Below, in pieces: positions 1 through 8,012 of a stretch of DNA of 32,000 nt. Below the pieces are notes generated by a model. That model ran no database searches and was not told the origin of the DNA. It saw only the letters and a program-made list of their open reading frames with translations. The stretch is from Candidatus Saccharimonadota bacterium (GTDB lineage Bacteria > Patescibacteriota > Saccharimonadia > Saccharimonadales > Saccharimonadaceae), in contig JBAQRV010000001.1 of NCBI GenBank assembly GCA_049296095.1, positions 30,001 through 62,000 of the forward strand, given 5' to 3'. The position numbers and the translations under genes are program-made. Each line of letters starts with the position of its first letter. Position 1 is the stretch's first letter.

Positions 1-378
1 TGCTAAGAGCTTTACGAGTGGCTCGAGTATTCGGCAATAGTCATTTATAAAATGGCGTAAAGCAGGGCTTAGGTCATAGGTGGTGAAGCTACTATCTCCA
101 GTCGAGCCTTTTGTACGAGCGTAAGGTCGGATACTTGCTTTCTCTGCGGCAGAACTAAAGTCATTCTCACCGTAGCCCTTTTTTACAAATTCTAATGCCA
201 GAACGCGCTCTCGATGCAAGTGCCCCGTAACCTGCTTAGTTGAAGACTCGAAGTCTTCCCGACGAAAGAACATGCCATTTAGATTGCCTGCGTTGTGCTT
301 TCCAGCACCGTTAAGCTTACCTGTAATGTAATTGAGTGTTGTGTATCTTGTTGTCACTGAGATGGTCTCGATTCTCAT
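1..378 (-). CDS. hypothetical protein, C-terminal part cut by window edge
   Basis: Not in the supplied track because it runs off the edge. The reverse-strand ATG at 378-376 opens an uninterrupted frame down to base 1 (126 codons, MRIETISVTTRYTTLNYITGKLNGAGKHNAGNLNGMFFRRE...). No motif recognised. Confidence 0.4.
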   Translation of the reverse strand, partial: MRIETISVTTRYTTLNYITGKLNGAGKHNAGNLNGMFFRREDFESSTKQVTGHLHRERVLALEFVKKGYGENDFSSAAEKASIRPYARTKGSTGDSSFTTYDLSPALRHFINDYCRILEPLVKLLA

Positions 379-496
379 TGGCTAATTATACAACTTGCTT
401 GACCGAAGAAGTAACTTGGTTCTGTAGTGTGTGTATTGAGATTACATTTGATTAAGACACTTAGCAACTTTTTCTTTAGTAGAATATAATTAAATC

Positions 497-1315
497 ATGA
501 CCCTAATATCACTTGCATATAATAGATTCGTTGTTGGTGTATCCACTGATACTCAACTAACTTACATTGATAGCGGAACTTCAGCTGGAGATGCGATAAA
601 AAGCCTTTCTTTTCGCTGTGCAAATGGTAAGTTCCTCGCTGCATATACTGGTAATAACATTTTCCTCGAAGATGGGGTACATGTTGTCGATTGGGTGACT
701 AACCTTCTAAGTAACGCTGACATTGGTAGTAAGAAAGTTGATGAAGTTATACAAGAAATAGTTCAAGGCTTGAACGAAAAACATTATATTAGCCAGCCAG
801 CAGCGTTAATAATTCTTATCGCTGGTTGGCGAGAAAATAATAATATTGTCTATCGGATTACGAACATCGGGGAGGATGGAGACCTATCTCCTAAGCAAAC
901 TTTTGAAGTATTTATGAGTGAAGACGAGAGTGGTGTTATTGTCGATGGCTCTATCAAGATAGGTATGGACGATAGTTTTGACACTAAGGTTGAGGCCGTA
1001 AGGGAATTGCTAAAATCAACAACACCAGAGAATTTCAGAGACATTATCGGTCCTGAGCTTTACAGTCTTAATCAGATTGCCCACAATCACCCAACCCAAG
1101 GTAAGTACATCGGTGAAAATACAATGTTCACGTTTATTCAGCCTGTGGGCGATGGGATGGACGCTTGGAGGTATCCTGAAGGACAAACAAAGTATATGCT
1201 ACCTAATTTCAGCAATGCAGCGATGTCAGTCAAGGGAATTGTCGTTCACAATGACCCCGTAGAGGGTGGAACAATACAGATGGACATCAAGGGCTGGCCT
1301 CCCCGTAAGGGTTAA
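497..1315 (+). CDS. HslV/proteasome-beta-like Ntn-hydrolase candidate with C-terminal extension
   Basis: 272 aa. The N-terminus MTLISLAYNRFVVGVSTDTQ matches the recalled HslV [20 protein letters not shown] (Thr2, Asp18, Gln20). Lys35 and NGKFLAAYTGN correspond to HslV NDKVIAGFAGG. TATAAT at 485-490 lies 6 nt before the ATG. Confidence 0.5.
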   Translation: MTLISLAYNRFVVGVSTDTQLTYIDSGTSAGDAIKSLSFRCANGKFLAAYTGNNIFLEDGVHVVDWVTNLLSNADIGSKKVDEVIQEIVQGLNEKHYISQPAALIILIAGWRENNNIVYRITNIGEDGDLSPKQTFEVFMSEDESGVIVDGSIKIGMDDSFDTKVEAVRELLKSTTPENFRDIIGPELYSLNQIAHNHPTQGKYIGENTMFTFIQPVGDGMDAWRYPEGQTKYMLPNFSNAAMSVKGIVVHNDPVEGGTIQMDIKGWPPRKG

Positions 1316-1317
1316 TA

Positions 1318-1968
1318 ATGGATTACTCATGGAAGCCTGACGGCCATAAGATTAAAGTTCAGGGTGTACCATATCAATGGCCATTAGCACTTAGAAACTT
1401 CGTACTACCTGTTAGACATCAGGATGGTTGGATTGAAAACAGTAAAAACGTGACCAATACTGGTTTGAGTGCGAGAGAATGGTTTGGACTGGTGGTACAC
1501 GCCGTAGCAATGTCAGATGTTAGTGGCGACGAGATTCTTGTGGCAACTGAAGACACGGGTGGCGATGGTGCTGTCGTTAGTGTCGAGAATGGTGAAAATA
1601 TGGCAGTGCTTGTTGAGCAAACCCTTGCGACCCACAAAGAAGATGGTGACTTACTTGATGTCATTAGGCGGAGGGTTAGAGCGAAGTCTTCTATGGGTGA
1701 AAATTATGCAGAGAATAAACATTTAGTTATTCTTTGTAATAACAACGGTGATTTAATCGAGAAAAAGTTAGCAAAGATTGTATCTATAGGGATGTTTGAT
1801 ATCGTGAATATCATCGGATTCCAAGATAATGAACAGGGAAGACACTTTTTGAGTTATATTTTTGATAAGGACGTGCCCAATAAAGCAATTCACAGGATGG
1901 TTATTGATGACAGTAAGCTATGGCAAGCTGCGATTGATATATTTGAAGAAGAACAGAAAGTAAAATAG
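1318..1968 (+). CDS. hypothetical acidic protein, coupled partner of the HslV-like ORF
   Basis: 216-aa ORF starting 2 nt after the upstream stop. No recognisable motif. A weak PD-(D/E)xK-like stretch (GDGAVV...LVEQT) is not convincing. Confidence 0.5.
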   Translation: MDYSWKPDGHKIKVQGVPYQWPLALRNFVLPVRHQDGWIENSKNVTNTGLSAREWFGLVVHAVAMSDVSGDEILVATEDTGGDGAVVSVENGENMAVLVEQTLATHKEDGDLLDVIRRRVRAKSSMGENYAENKHLVILCNNNGDLIEKKLAKIVSIGMFDIVNIIGFQDNEQGRHFLSYIFDKDVPNKAIHRMVIDDSKLWQAAIDIFEEEQKVK

Positions 1969-2186
1969 CTTTAAATTACACCGAGTCAATGTACGTCAAT
2001 CCTAATAAATGATAGTTGTATTTTCTGTTGATTTTTTAGCGAGTATGCCGTTACTCGTTATTGCCAACTCGGACGGATTATCAATTCTATAGCCCAAGAG
2101 TTTAAGAAGATTCTGTAAATGTGCACCAATTTTCGTTATACATATAAAAGCCCTAGGACAGGTGGTTTCTTTGCTATTATTAAACG

Positions 2187-2777
2187 ATGATTGATGAACG
2201 CTTTGTTTTTGTTGCATTTGCACTCGCCCTGGTTGGTACAGCTATGTACATCAAGGGTATCCTACAGGGTAAGGTGAAGCCTAATATTGTGACCTGGGGT
2301 TTGTGGGCAACAGCACCCCTCCTTGCGGTTGCTGCGCAGATCGATGAAGGAGCAGGGCTTCGTGCTGTCCATACATTTAGTACTGCTTTCGGCCCAATGC
2401 TCATTATCGTGGCGGCATTGATTAAGCGAAATGCTTTCGCAAAGATTAAAAAGTCCGACTACATCTTTGGGGCGTTAGCGATAACCGGCCTCGTATTATG
2501 GCAAATTACAGGGCAAGGCTATCTGGCAATTATATTTGCAATTGCAGCTGATGGTTTTGCTGCACTCCCTACTATCTTGAAACTTTATCGAGAGCCGAAA
2601 ACTGAAAATGGCGTGATTTTTGGTTTTGGTATCCTTGCTTCTACTATCACATTGCTTACAATTAGTGACTGGAGATTTGAAGAGTTTGGTTTCACGTTAT
2701 ACATTCTCATTATCACTATTATTATGTTCCTGCCGACAGGCGTTCGCTTCACTTCGAAAATCCTAAGAAAGAAATAA
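2187..2777 (+). CDS. polytopic membrane protein, unknown function
   Basis: 196 aa with about six hydrophobic segments. It has the conserved-looking N-terminal motif GILQGKVKPNIVTWGLWA. TGcTATTAT at 2172-2180 lies 6 nt before the ATG. Confidence 0.6.
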   Translation: MIDERFVFVAFALALVGTAMYIKGILQGKVKPNIVTWGLWATAPLLAVAAQIDEGAGLRAVHTFSTAFGPMLIIVAALIKRNAFAKIKKSDYIFGALAITGLVLWQITGQGYLAIIFAIAADGFAALPTILKLYREPKTENGVIFGFGILASTITLLTISDWRFEEFGFTLYILIITIIMFLPTGVRFTSKILRKK

Positions 2778-2846
2778 CAGTAAGCTTCAGAGGCTCCTGG
2801 TAAAAACAAGCATCTTGTGTACATGTTTCTTTGGTATGATTAGTTT

Positions 2847-3863
2847 ATGAGAATATCCATTGAAGAATTAAGAGAAAAAGTAAACACCTATCTGAAGCTG
2901 AGCGGACTTAACGGCAAAGACGCATCGACGCTGGGTGATTTGATTATTGAACAAGAACTGGTCGGAAACCAGTTTAGTGCTGTCGGCGAATTGCCCGGAA
3001 AGCACGCTCGATTGATTGAAAGTATTCAAACTGCCCAACCAGAAATTGAGGTGACAAAGCCAGCTCTTCGCCTCGTGAAGGGCGACGGTCAATTGGCACC
3101 AATTATAACTGCCGATCACTTAGATGATGTTATAGCAAAGGCAAAAGAACAAGGAATCTACGCCTTGGGTATTTACGACAGCACCTATAATGATTTCTTC
3201 GACGTTTTCTGCCGTCGAGTGGCCGCTCAGGATTGTATCGCTATTATTGTTGAGAACGGTGGACCGCAAGGAGTTGTTCCTTTTGGTGGACGCAAAGACA
3301 TTACGGGTACGAACCCAATTGCTTACGGTATCCCGACGAACAAGTATCCGATTATTTTTGACGCTGCAACGGCAATGCATGCCTACGGAAGAATTAGGCA
3401 GGCGAAAGAACGAGGTGAACAGCTACCAGATAACGCATATGTTGACGAGAATGGTGATACAACAACCGACCCGAATGTTGCATATGCCGTTCTGCCATTT
3501 GGTGGGTTCAAAGGATTCGGCATTAACCTACTCATTGATGTTTTGAGCGGTAGTCTGGTGAAGGGTAAGAGTGGACTAGACCAGCCACTAGATTCACAGC
3601 GGTACATTGGAACGCTGATGATCGTCATTGACCCAGCAGCGTTTGGCGATATTGAAACTTTCAAAGAGTCTACGACGAAGCTCGCCGAAGATATACTGGC
3701 CGTACCGCCAGTTAACCCGAACGAACCAGTTAGGGTACCAGGCTATAGAGGGTCTGAGCGTAGAGAACGATTTACAAAAGATGGCTTTATTGAGATTGAA
3801 GATGAAGAGTGGGATAAGTTTGCTATGGCATTAGACAGTCTAGAGCAATCAGCTAGTAAATAA
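2847..3863 (+). CDS. Ldh_2 family (malate/L-lactate/sulfolactate dehydrogenase type 2) oxidoreductase
   Basis: 338 aa. Family-typical motifs are FGGRKDITGTNPIAYGIP and PFGGFKGFGINLLIDVLSG. Confidence 0.75.
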   Translation: MRISIEELREKVNTYLKLSGLNGKDASTLGDLIIEQELVGNQFSAVGELPGKHARLIESIQTAQPEIEVTKPALRLVKGDGQLAPIITADHLDDVIAKAKEQGIYALGIYDSTYNDFFDVFCRRVAAQDCIAIIVENGGPQGVVPFGGRKDITGTNPIAYGIPTNKYPIIFDAATAMHAYGRIRQAKERGEQLPDNAYVDENGDTTTDPNVAYAVLPFGGFKGFGINLLIDVLSGSLVKGKSGLDQPLDSQRYIGTLMIVIDPAAFGDIETFKESTTKLAEDILAVPPVNPNEPVRVPGYRGSERRERFTKDGFIEIEDEEWDKFAMALDSLEQSASK

Positions 3864-3938
3864 TCATCGTAATTCTTTACTGTCTGGTATTGGAAGCTCG
3901 GATAAGTTCTGTGAATGTGTACCAAATCTTGCTCATGC

Positions 3939-3968
3939 TTGCAAAAGTGGTCCGAACCCTTCATAACT
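3939..3968 (+). promoter_or_regulatory. candidate promoter TTGCAA-N17-CATAAC(T), conserved with the 26800-26829 locus
   Basis: GCTTGCAAAAGT (3937-3948) and CATAACT (3962-3968) are identical, with the same 13-nt gap, to 26798-26809 and 26823-26829. Confidence 0.5.
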
Positions 3969-4035
3969 AATGGCAGTCACCACACCGTGTGGGGCCTCGA
4001 GTAATCGAGTGAGCCCCTAGGAAGGGATGAAGTTA

Positions 4036-4200
4036 ATGTACTCAGTTGGTCCCGGTTCACTGCCAAGTATCGAGCTGACTATTCGCAAGGTCGATGACAA
4101 GCTGATGCTTCGTGTCGGCCCGACCAAGCGCGAAGCGAAACGACTCGCCGACATGAAGCGCAGTCGTCTCGCTCGAGCCAGACGAAAACGCCGGCGTTAG
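4036..4200 (+). CDS. small Arg-rich protein candidate (54 aa; 57 aa if ATG 4027 is used) in a GC-rich island
   Basis: Below the track cutoff. GGAAGGG (4020-4026) lies 9 nt upstream of ATG 4036. Product MYSVGPGSLPSIELTIRKVDDKLMLRVGPTKREAKRLADMKRSRLARARRKRRR. A hairpin at 3991-4017 (GGGGC-CTCGA-gtaa-TCGAG-tga-GCCCC) sits just upstream. Confidence 0.35.
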   Translation: MYSVGPGSLPSIELTIRKVDDKLMLRVGPTKREAKRLADMKRSRLARARRKRRR

Positions 4201-4224
4201 CTAGCTAAGCCCGCACCTGCGGAT

Positions 4225-4290
4225 GAAAAGACCCGACATACCAACCTGTCGATGAGTCATTCATCTACAGGCGTCGGGCTCTTTTCATGT
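4225..4290 (+). terminator. compound hairpin with flanking A-run and T-run (intrinsic terminator candidate)
   Basis: GAAAAGACCCGAC (4225-4237) pairs with GTCGGGCTCTTTTC (4273-4286). An inner stem joins CCTGT (4245-4249) and ACAGG (4267-4271). Confidence 0.45.
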
Positions 4291-4350
4291 TAGTGTACTT
4301 TCCACCGTCTTTAAGAAGTCAATTTGGCTTCTTTTTGTTACTATTAAGTT

Positions 4351-4758
4351 ATGAACATACGAAACTATGCGCCGTCGGATTACGGGCAGTTAAAGACTTT
4401 GTACCTCGATAGCTCCTTCTATGGTGGTCAATTTGACGAAGCTCGGGATTCTGAAGAACGATTAAGAAAGATTGGCCATGATTCAATCCTCGTAGCAGAA
4501 GATAACGGTATGATTTTTGGCACAGTTTCCCTCATTGATGATGGTAGGGTCGCTTGGCTGTTTCGTTTTGCTGTTAAAGACAATGATCTAAAGGTTGCTC
4601 GTGCGTTAAAGGAGAAGGCGATCGAGGTTCTTAAGTCAAGAGGTCATACACAGGTCCTCGTATACTCTCCTATAGATAACAAACAATTAGATCGTCGCTA
4701 TCTTGACCTAGGCTTTAATAAGGGTGGAGACTACACTGCTTATTGGCAGGAAGTGTAG
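4351..4758 (+). CDS. GNAT-family N-acetyltransferase
   Basis: 135 aa with typical GNAT layout: MNIRNYAPSDYGQLKTLY..., a beta-bulge region WLFRFAV, and ARALKEKAIEVLKSRG in the acetyl-CoA-binding helix position. Confidence 0.65.
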   Translation: MNIRNYAPSDYGQLKTLYLDSSFYGGQFDEARDSEERLRKIGHDSILVAEDNGMIFGTVSLIDDGRVAWLFRFAVKDNDLKVARALKEKAIEVLKSRGHTQVLVYSPIDNKQLDRRYLDLGFNKGGDYTAYWQEV

Positions 4759-4761
4759 TAT

Positions 4762-5346
4762 ATGAAATCAAGGTACATACCTTTCGTCCAGCAACCCTAC
4801 TGTTGTGTTGCTGCTTGCTTCCAAATGGTTATGTATAGGAATGATATTCCGCTTATTCCACAAGACGAACTTGCTTATAAATTAGGACTAACTGTCCCAG
4901 AGAATGACGCTCATCTATTCGAAAGAGTTCGGACTGGTTCAAAACCACCTTCAGGTTGGGGGACGCAAATTAGTAAACCTGAATATAATCCTAACGAAGT
5001 ATTTAAAGAGCTGAACATTCCATTAGGCCTCGAACAATTCTTTATGAGGGATTTTATTGACATTACAGGACTCAAAAAACTACTCACGACTATTCAAGCA
5101 GAGGACGGAGATGCATTACTCTGCTTTGATTATGGTAAGTTATGGGGGCTTCCGCAAAAAGGCGGTCACGTCTGCGTATTCGACCGCATTGAAAACGATA
5201 CCATTTATATAATTGATCCAGAGCGGAACGTGCCCAAGTATAGGAATGTCTCACTAGGGGCGTTATTTAAGGCGATGAACTTTCATGGAGACGCTAATTC
5301 TACTGGGGTATGGAAAATCGTTCCAACTGATTCATCTGCTAAGTAG
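4762..5346 (+). CDS. papain-fold cysteine peptidase, C39-like
   Basis: 194 aa. It has Gln/Cys (FVQQPYCCVAACFQMVM) and His/Asp (GGHVCVFDRIENDTIYIIDPE) arrangements as in C39-like peptidases. It starts 4 nt after the GNAT stop. Confidence 0.55.
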   Translation: MKSRYIPFVQQPYCCVAACFQMVMYRNDIPLIPQDELAYKLGLTVPENDAHLFERVRTGSKPPSGWGTQISKPEYNPNEVFKELNIPLGLEQFFMRDFIDITGLKKLLTTIQAEDGDALLCFDYGKLWGLPQKGGHVCVFDRIENDTIYIIDPERNVPKYRNVSLGALFKAMNFHGDANSTGVWKIVPTDSSAK

Positions 5347-5447
5347 CTTATATGATACGTTGAACACATTTACAAGTCCGCCTAGCTCATAGCTGGGACT
5401 TTTTGTTTATGCTTGCTTATGTTATCGGCGGCTCATAAAATAAAAAA

Positions 5448-6023
5448 ATGACACAACCAGAGTCCAAAGAATCTCGATCATTCAACCTCCGGGACTTTAA
5501 CGAGTGGATGTTAAATGATGCGGGAGAATTAGAAATATCTACACAATTTCGTCACCCGATTCAAATTTTGGCTGGTGATAATAAATTAGAGTTTACTCGA
5601 ATCTCTATCTCGGGAGAATTTACAGAGCGGTCGCCTAGGGTTCCAGAGAGCTTGTTTGTATTAAGGAATATGACATCTGCACGTGGGGATGCTTTGGTTG
5701 TTATGGATAACACCATGGGGATTGATACGGTAGTGTTGCATAGTACAGAATACTCGATTAGGCGTGGCAAGTCATACACAATAGGAACCGAAGCAACGCC
5801 TGAACTTGATCTATCAGACACCGCTAACCCTGAACATCTTTTTATTCGAATCGGTAATCTAGCAGGAAATCTTCATTTTTCCGATCTTTATACTAAAAAC
5901 GGAACAATTGTAAATGTCCACCCCGAAGACAACTGGTCACTTTCGCATCCTCGAAGGTCGGGCATTTACCAAGATGGAAAATTTCTCTCTGACGAATATC
6001 AACGCCAACAATGGTTACGATAG
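5448..6023 (+). CDS. FHA-like domain protein
   Basis: 191 aa. The C-terminal half YTIGTEATPELDLSD...PEHLFIRIGNLAGNLHFSDLYTKNGTIVNV follows the FHA pattern (G-x...H-x-x-I...DL-x-S/T-x-NGT-x-VN). The phospho-Thr-binding Ser positions are substituted (N, T). Confidence 0.45.
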   Translation: MTQPESKESRSFNLRDFNEWMLNDAGELEISTQFRHPIQILAGDNKLEFTRISISGEFTERSPRVPESLFVLRNMTSARGDALVVMDNTMGIDTVVLHSTEYSIRRGKSYTIGTEATPELDLSDTANPEHLFIRIGNLAGNLHFSDLYTKNGTIVNVHPEDNWSLSHPRRSGIYQDGKFLSDEYQRQQWLR

Positions 6024-6194
6024 ACCCTAGTAAGCTAAAAGAATTCTCGAAAAGGTACTTAAATTGATTGAGAAGATTCTGTTTTACCACTCCAAATTAG
6101 CTCAACTCAGACGCCCCAGCGTGTCTTATCTTGCCGCCTAACTCCCTAAGTACTAAAATGAATAAGGATAACCTTAATAAAAAGGAGTATAAGA

Positions 6195-6575
6195 ATGGCG
6201 AAATATATCGATGGTTTTGTACTAGTAGTTCCAAAAGGCAAAGAAGCCGAATACCAGAAAATGGCAGAAATGGGCCGGGATTCTTGGATGAAGCACGGTG
6301 CGCTTCAGTACTTCGAGTCTAGAGGAGATGACCTCAAGCCGCAGGAAATGGGTGAGGAAAAATCACGAGCTTTTAATGAAATGGCTGGTGCTAATGAGGA
6401 TGAAAATGTTTGGTTTTCATTCATTGTTTTCGAATCGAAAGAACACCGCGATGAAGTAAACAAAAAGGTCATGGATGAAATGAATGAAACATATAAAGAC
6501 CAAACTGATTTTGAAATGCCTAGTGACATGAAGAAGATGGCCTATGGGGGGTTTGAGGTTGCGGTTGAAGGATAG
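6195..6575 (+). CDS. DUF1428 family protein
   Basis: 126 aa. The N-terminus MAKYIDGFVLVVPKGKEAEYQKMAE...HGALQYFE is characteristic of DUF1428. SD AAAAGGAG lies upstream. Confidence 0.75.
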   Translation: MAKYIDGFVLVVPKGKEAEYQKMAEMGRDSWMKHGALQYFESRGDDLKPQEMGEEKSRAFNEMAGANEDENVWFSFIVFESKEHRDEVNKKVMDEMNETYKDQTDFEMPSDMKKMAYGGFEVAVEG

Positions 6576-6627
6576 ATCAAGATACTAAAAGATTGTATAT
6601 TCTGATCATCAAGCTTATGATAAACCT

Positions 6628-7392
6628 ATGACCAAACCAACCACAAAAGGCCTCAGAATCTTTAACTTTATCATGGCCGCCTTCCATGGTATTCAAGGTG
6701 TTATCATATTAATTATCAGTCGAAGCTTCGACGTCCCCATCACCGGTAGCTATCTGACGTTCGATAAGGCGACGCAGACGCTGGAGCCGGCCACGACTCA
6801 TCTGTTCGATCTGTCAATTCCGCTGTTGGTTGCACTGTTCTTCTTCTTGTCGGCAGCAGCGCATCTGTTTATCGCGACCGTCTATAACAGAAAATACAAC
6901 CAGGATCTGGCCAAGGGTATCAACAAGATTCGCTGGATTGAATATTCAGTTTCAGCCAGTCTTATGATGGTGGCTATTGCCGTGCTTGTTGGTGTGTATG
7001 ACTTTACGAACTTGTTGATGATCTTTGTCCTGATCGCTCTCATGAATCTCTTAGGTCTAGTGATGGAAGTTCACAACCAAACGACCAAGAAGACTAACTG
7101 GTTGAGTTACTGGCTGGGGTGCTTGGCGGGGATTGTGCCGTGGTTTGTGATTGGCTTTTACTTTTGGCTATCGGCCGAGCAGGGAAGTGCGCCTCCAGAC
7201 TTTGTCTATTGGATCTTCGTCTCGATCTTTGTCTTCTTTAACCTCTTTGCGATTAACATGGTGCTGCAGTACAAAAAGATTGGTCCTTGGAAAAACTATT
7301 TGTACGGCGAACGTGCGTATATCATCTTGAGTCTGGTCGCAAAAACTCTGCTGGCTTGGCAAGTATTTGCTGGCACGCTCCAACCTATGTAG
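6628..7392 (+). CDS. heliorhodopsin
   Basis: 254 aa, 7-TM. It aligns throughout with recalled HeR 48C12: FHGIQ (His23 equivalent), AAAHLF (His80), RWIEYSVSAS (counterion Glu107), CLAGIVPW, GERAYIILSLVAKTLLAWQVFAGTLQP. The Schiff-base Lys is K239 (codon 7342-7344). Confidence 0.88.
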   Translation: MTKPTTKGLRIFNFIMAAFHGIQGVIILIISRSFDVPITGSYLTFDKATQTLEPATTHLFDLSIPLLVALFFFLSAAAHLFIATVYNRKYNQDLAKGINKIRWIEYSVSASLMMVAIAVLVGVYDFTNLLMIFVLIALMNLLGLVMEVHNQTTKKTNWLSYWLGCLAGIVPWFVIGFYFWLSAEQGSAPPDFVYWIFVSIFVFFNLFAINMVLQYKKIGPWKNYLYGERAYIILSLVAKTLLAWQVFAGTLQPM

Positions 7393-7415
7393 CTATCGAG
7401 AATACATGATTTTAT

Positions 7416-7432
7416 ATACCCCTAGGGGGTAT
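7416..7432. promoter_or_regulatory. CsoR-family operator palindrome overlapping an extended -10
   Basis: ATACCCC-TAG-GGGGTAT is a perfect 7-bp inverted repeat of the GC-tract type bound by CsoR/RcnR-family repressors. It abuts TGaTATACT (7432-7440). Confidence 0.65.
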
Positions 7433-7447
7433 GATATACTTGGTACT

Positions 7448-7726
7448 ATGAATAGTACAGATATACCGAAAGCTCAAATTATAAAACGACTCAATCGTGC
7501 CGAAGGCCAGGTACGGGGTATTGCCCGTATGGTGAGCGAGGATCAGCAGTGTATTGATGTGCTGACTCAGATTAATGCCACCAGAGCAGCACTGGATAAG
7601 GTTGCGATCGAACTTGTGAGGGAATATGCCCAGCAGTGCTTTACCAATGAAGCTTTGACAGAGAAACAGATGAAGCAAAAATCAACCGAGCTAGTCGGGG
7701 CGATGAGCCGCCTGTTTTCTCGGTAA
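7448..7726 (+). CDS. CsoR/RcnR/FrmR-family (DUF156) metal- or persulfide-sensing repressor, CstR-like Cys pair
   Basis: 92 aa from ATG 7448. The track start 7367 overlaps the heliorhodopsin gene and the operator. Family motif KAQIIKRLNRAEGQVRGIARMV. Sensor positions are Cys35, Tyr60 (in place of His) and Cys64. Confidence 0.8.
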   Translation: MNSTDIPKAQIIKRLNRAEGQVRGIARMVSEDQQCIDVLTQINATRAALDKVAIELVREYAQQCFTNEALTEKQMKQKSTELVGAMSRLFSR

Positions 7727-7748
7727 CTTGAATACTTAAGGAGGGAAT

Positions 7749-8012
7749 ATGAAGGATTACATTATTATCGATGTTCGCGAACCAAGGGAGTTTGCTAATG
7801 GTCACGTTAAAGGTGCGATTAATATTCCGCCAACTGAACTAATGTCTGGCTCGCCAAAGTTAGCTGGCGTTGCAAAAGATGCCCCAATTATGCTGTATTG
7901 CATTAGCGGTAGCCGTTCGAATATGTCGATGCACATATTGAGTGGACTAGGGTATACCAACCTCACAAATGGAGTTAATCGACAACGGGTTGAGGCGCAA
8001 TTGCGGGCGTAG
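7749..8012 (+). CDS. single-domain rhodanese sulfurtransferase
   Basis: 87 aa. It has IIDVREPREFANGHVKGAINIP and the active-site loop CISGSRS. SD AAGGAGG lies upstream. Confidence 0.8.
   Translation: MKDYIIIDVREPREFANGHVKGAINIPPTELMSGSPKLAGVAKDAPIMLYCISGSRSNMSMHILSGLGYTNLTNGVNRQRVEAQLRA

Noticed and set aside
1540-1640. PD-(D/E)xK nuclease motif in the 216-aa partner protein (GDGAVV...LVEQT).
   Set aside because: The Lys of the E-x-K element is absent (EQT) and the spacing is only loosely compatible. This is too weak to call without a profile or structure search.
7367-7447. Track start at 7367 for the CsoR-like ORF (119 aa).
   Set aside because: The extension overlaps the heliorhodopsin 3' end, reads through the operator and -10 box, and adds a non-homologous N-terminus. 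ATG 7448 gives the normal ~90-aa family length.
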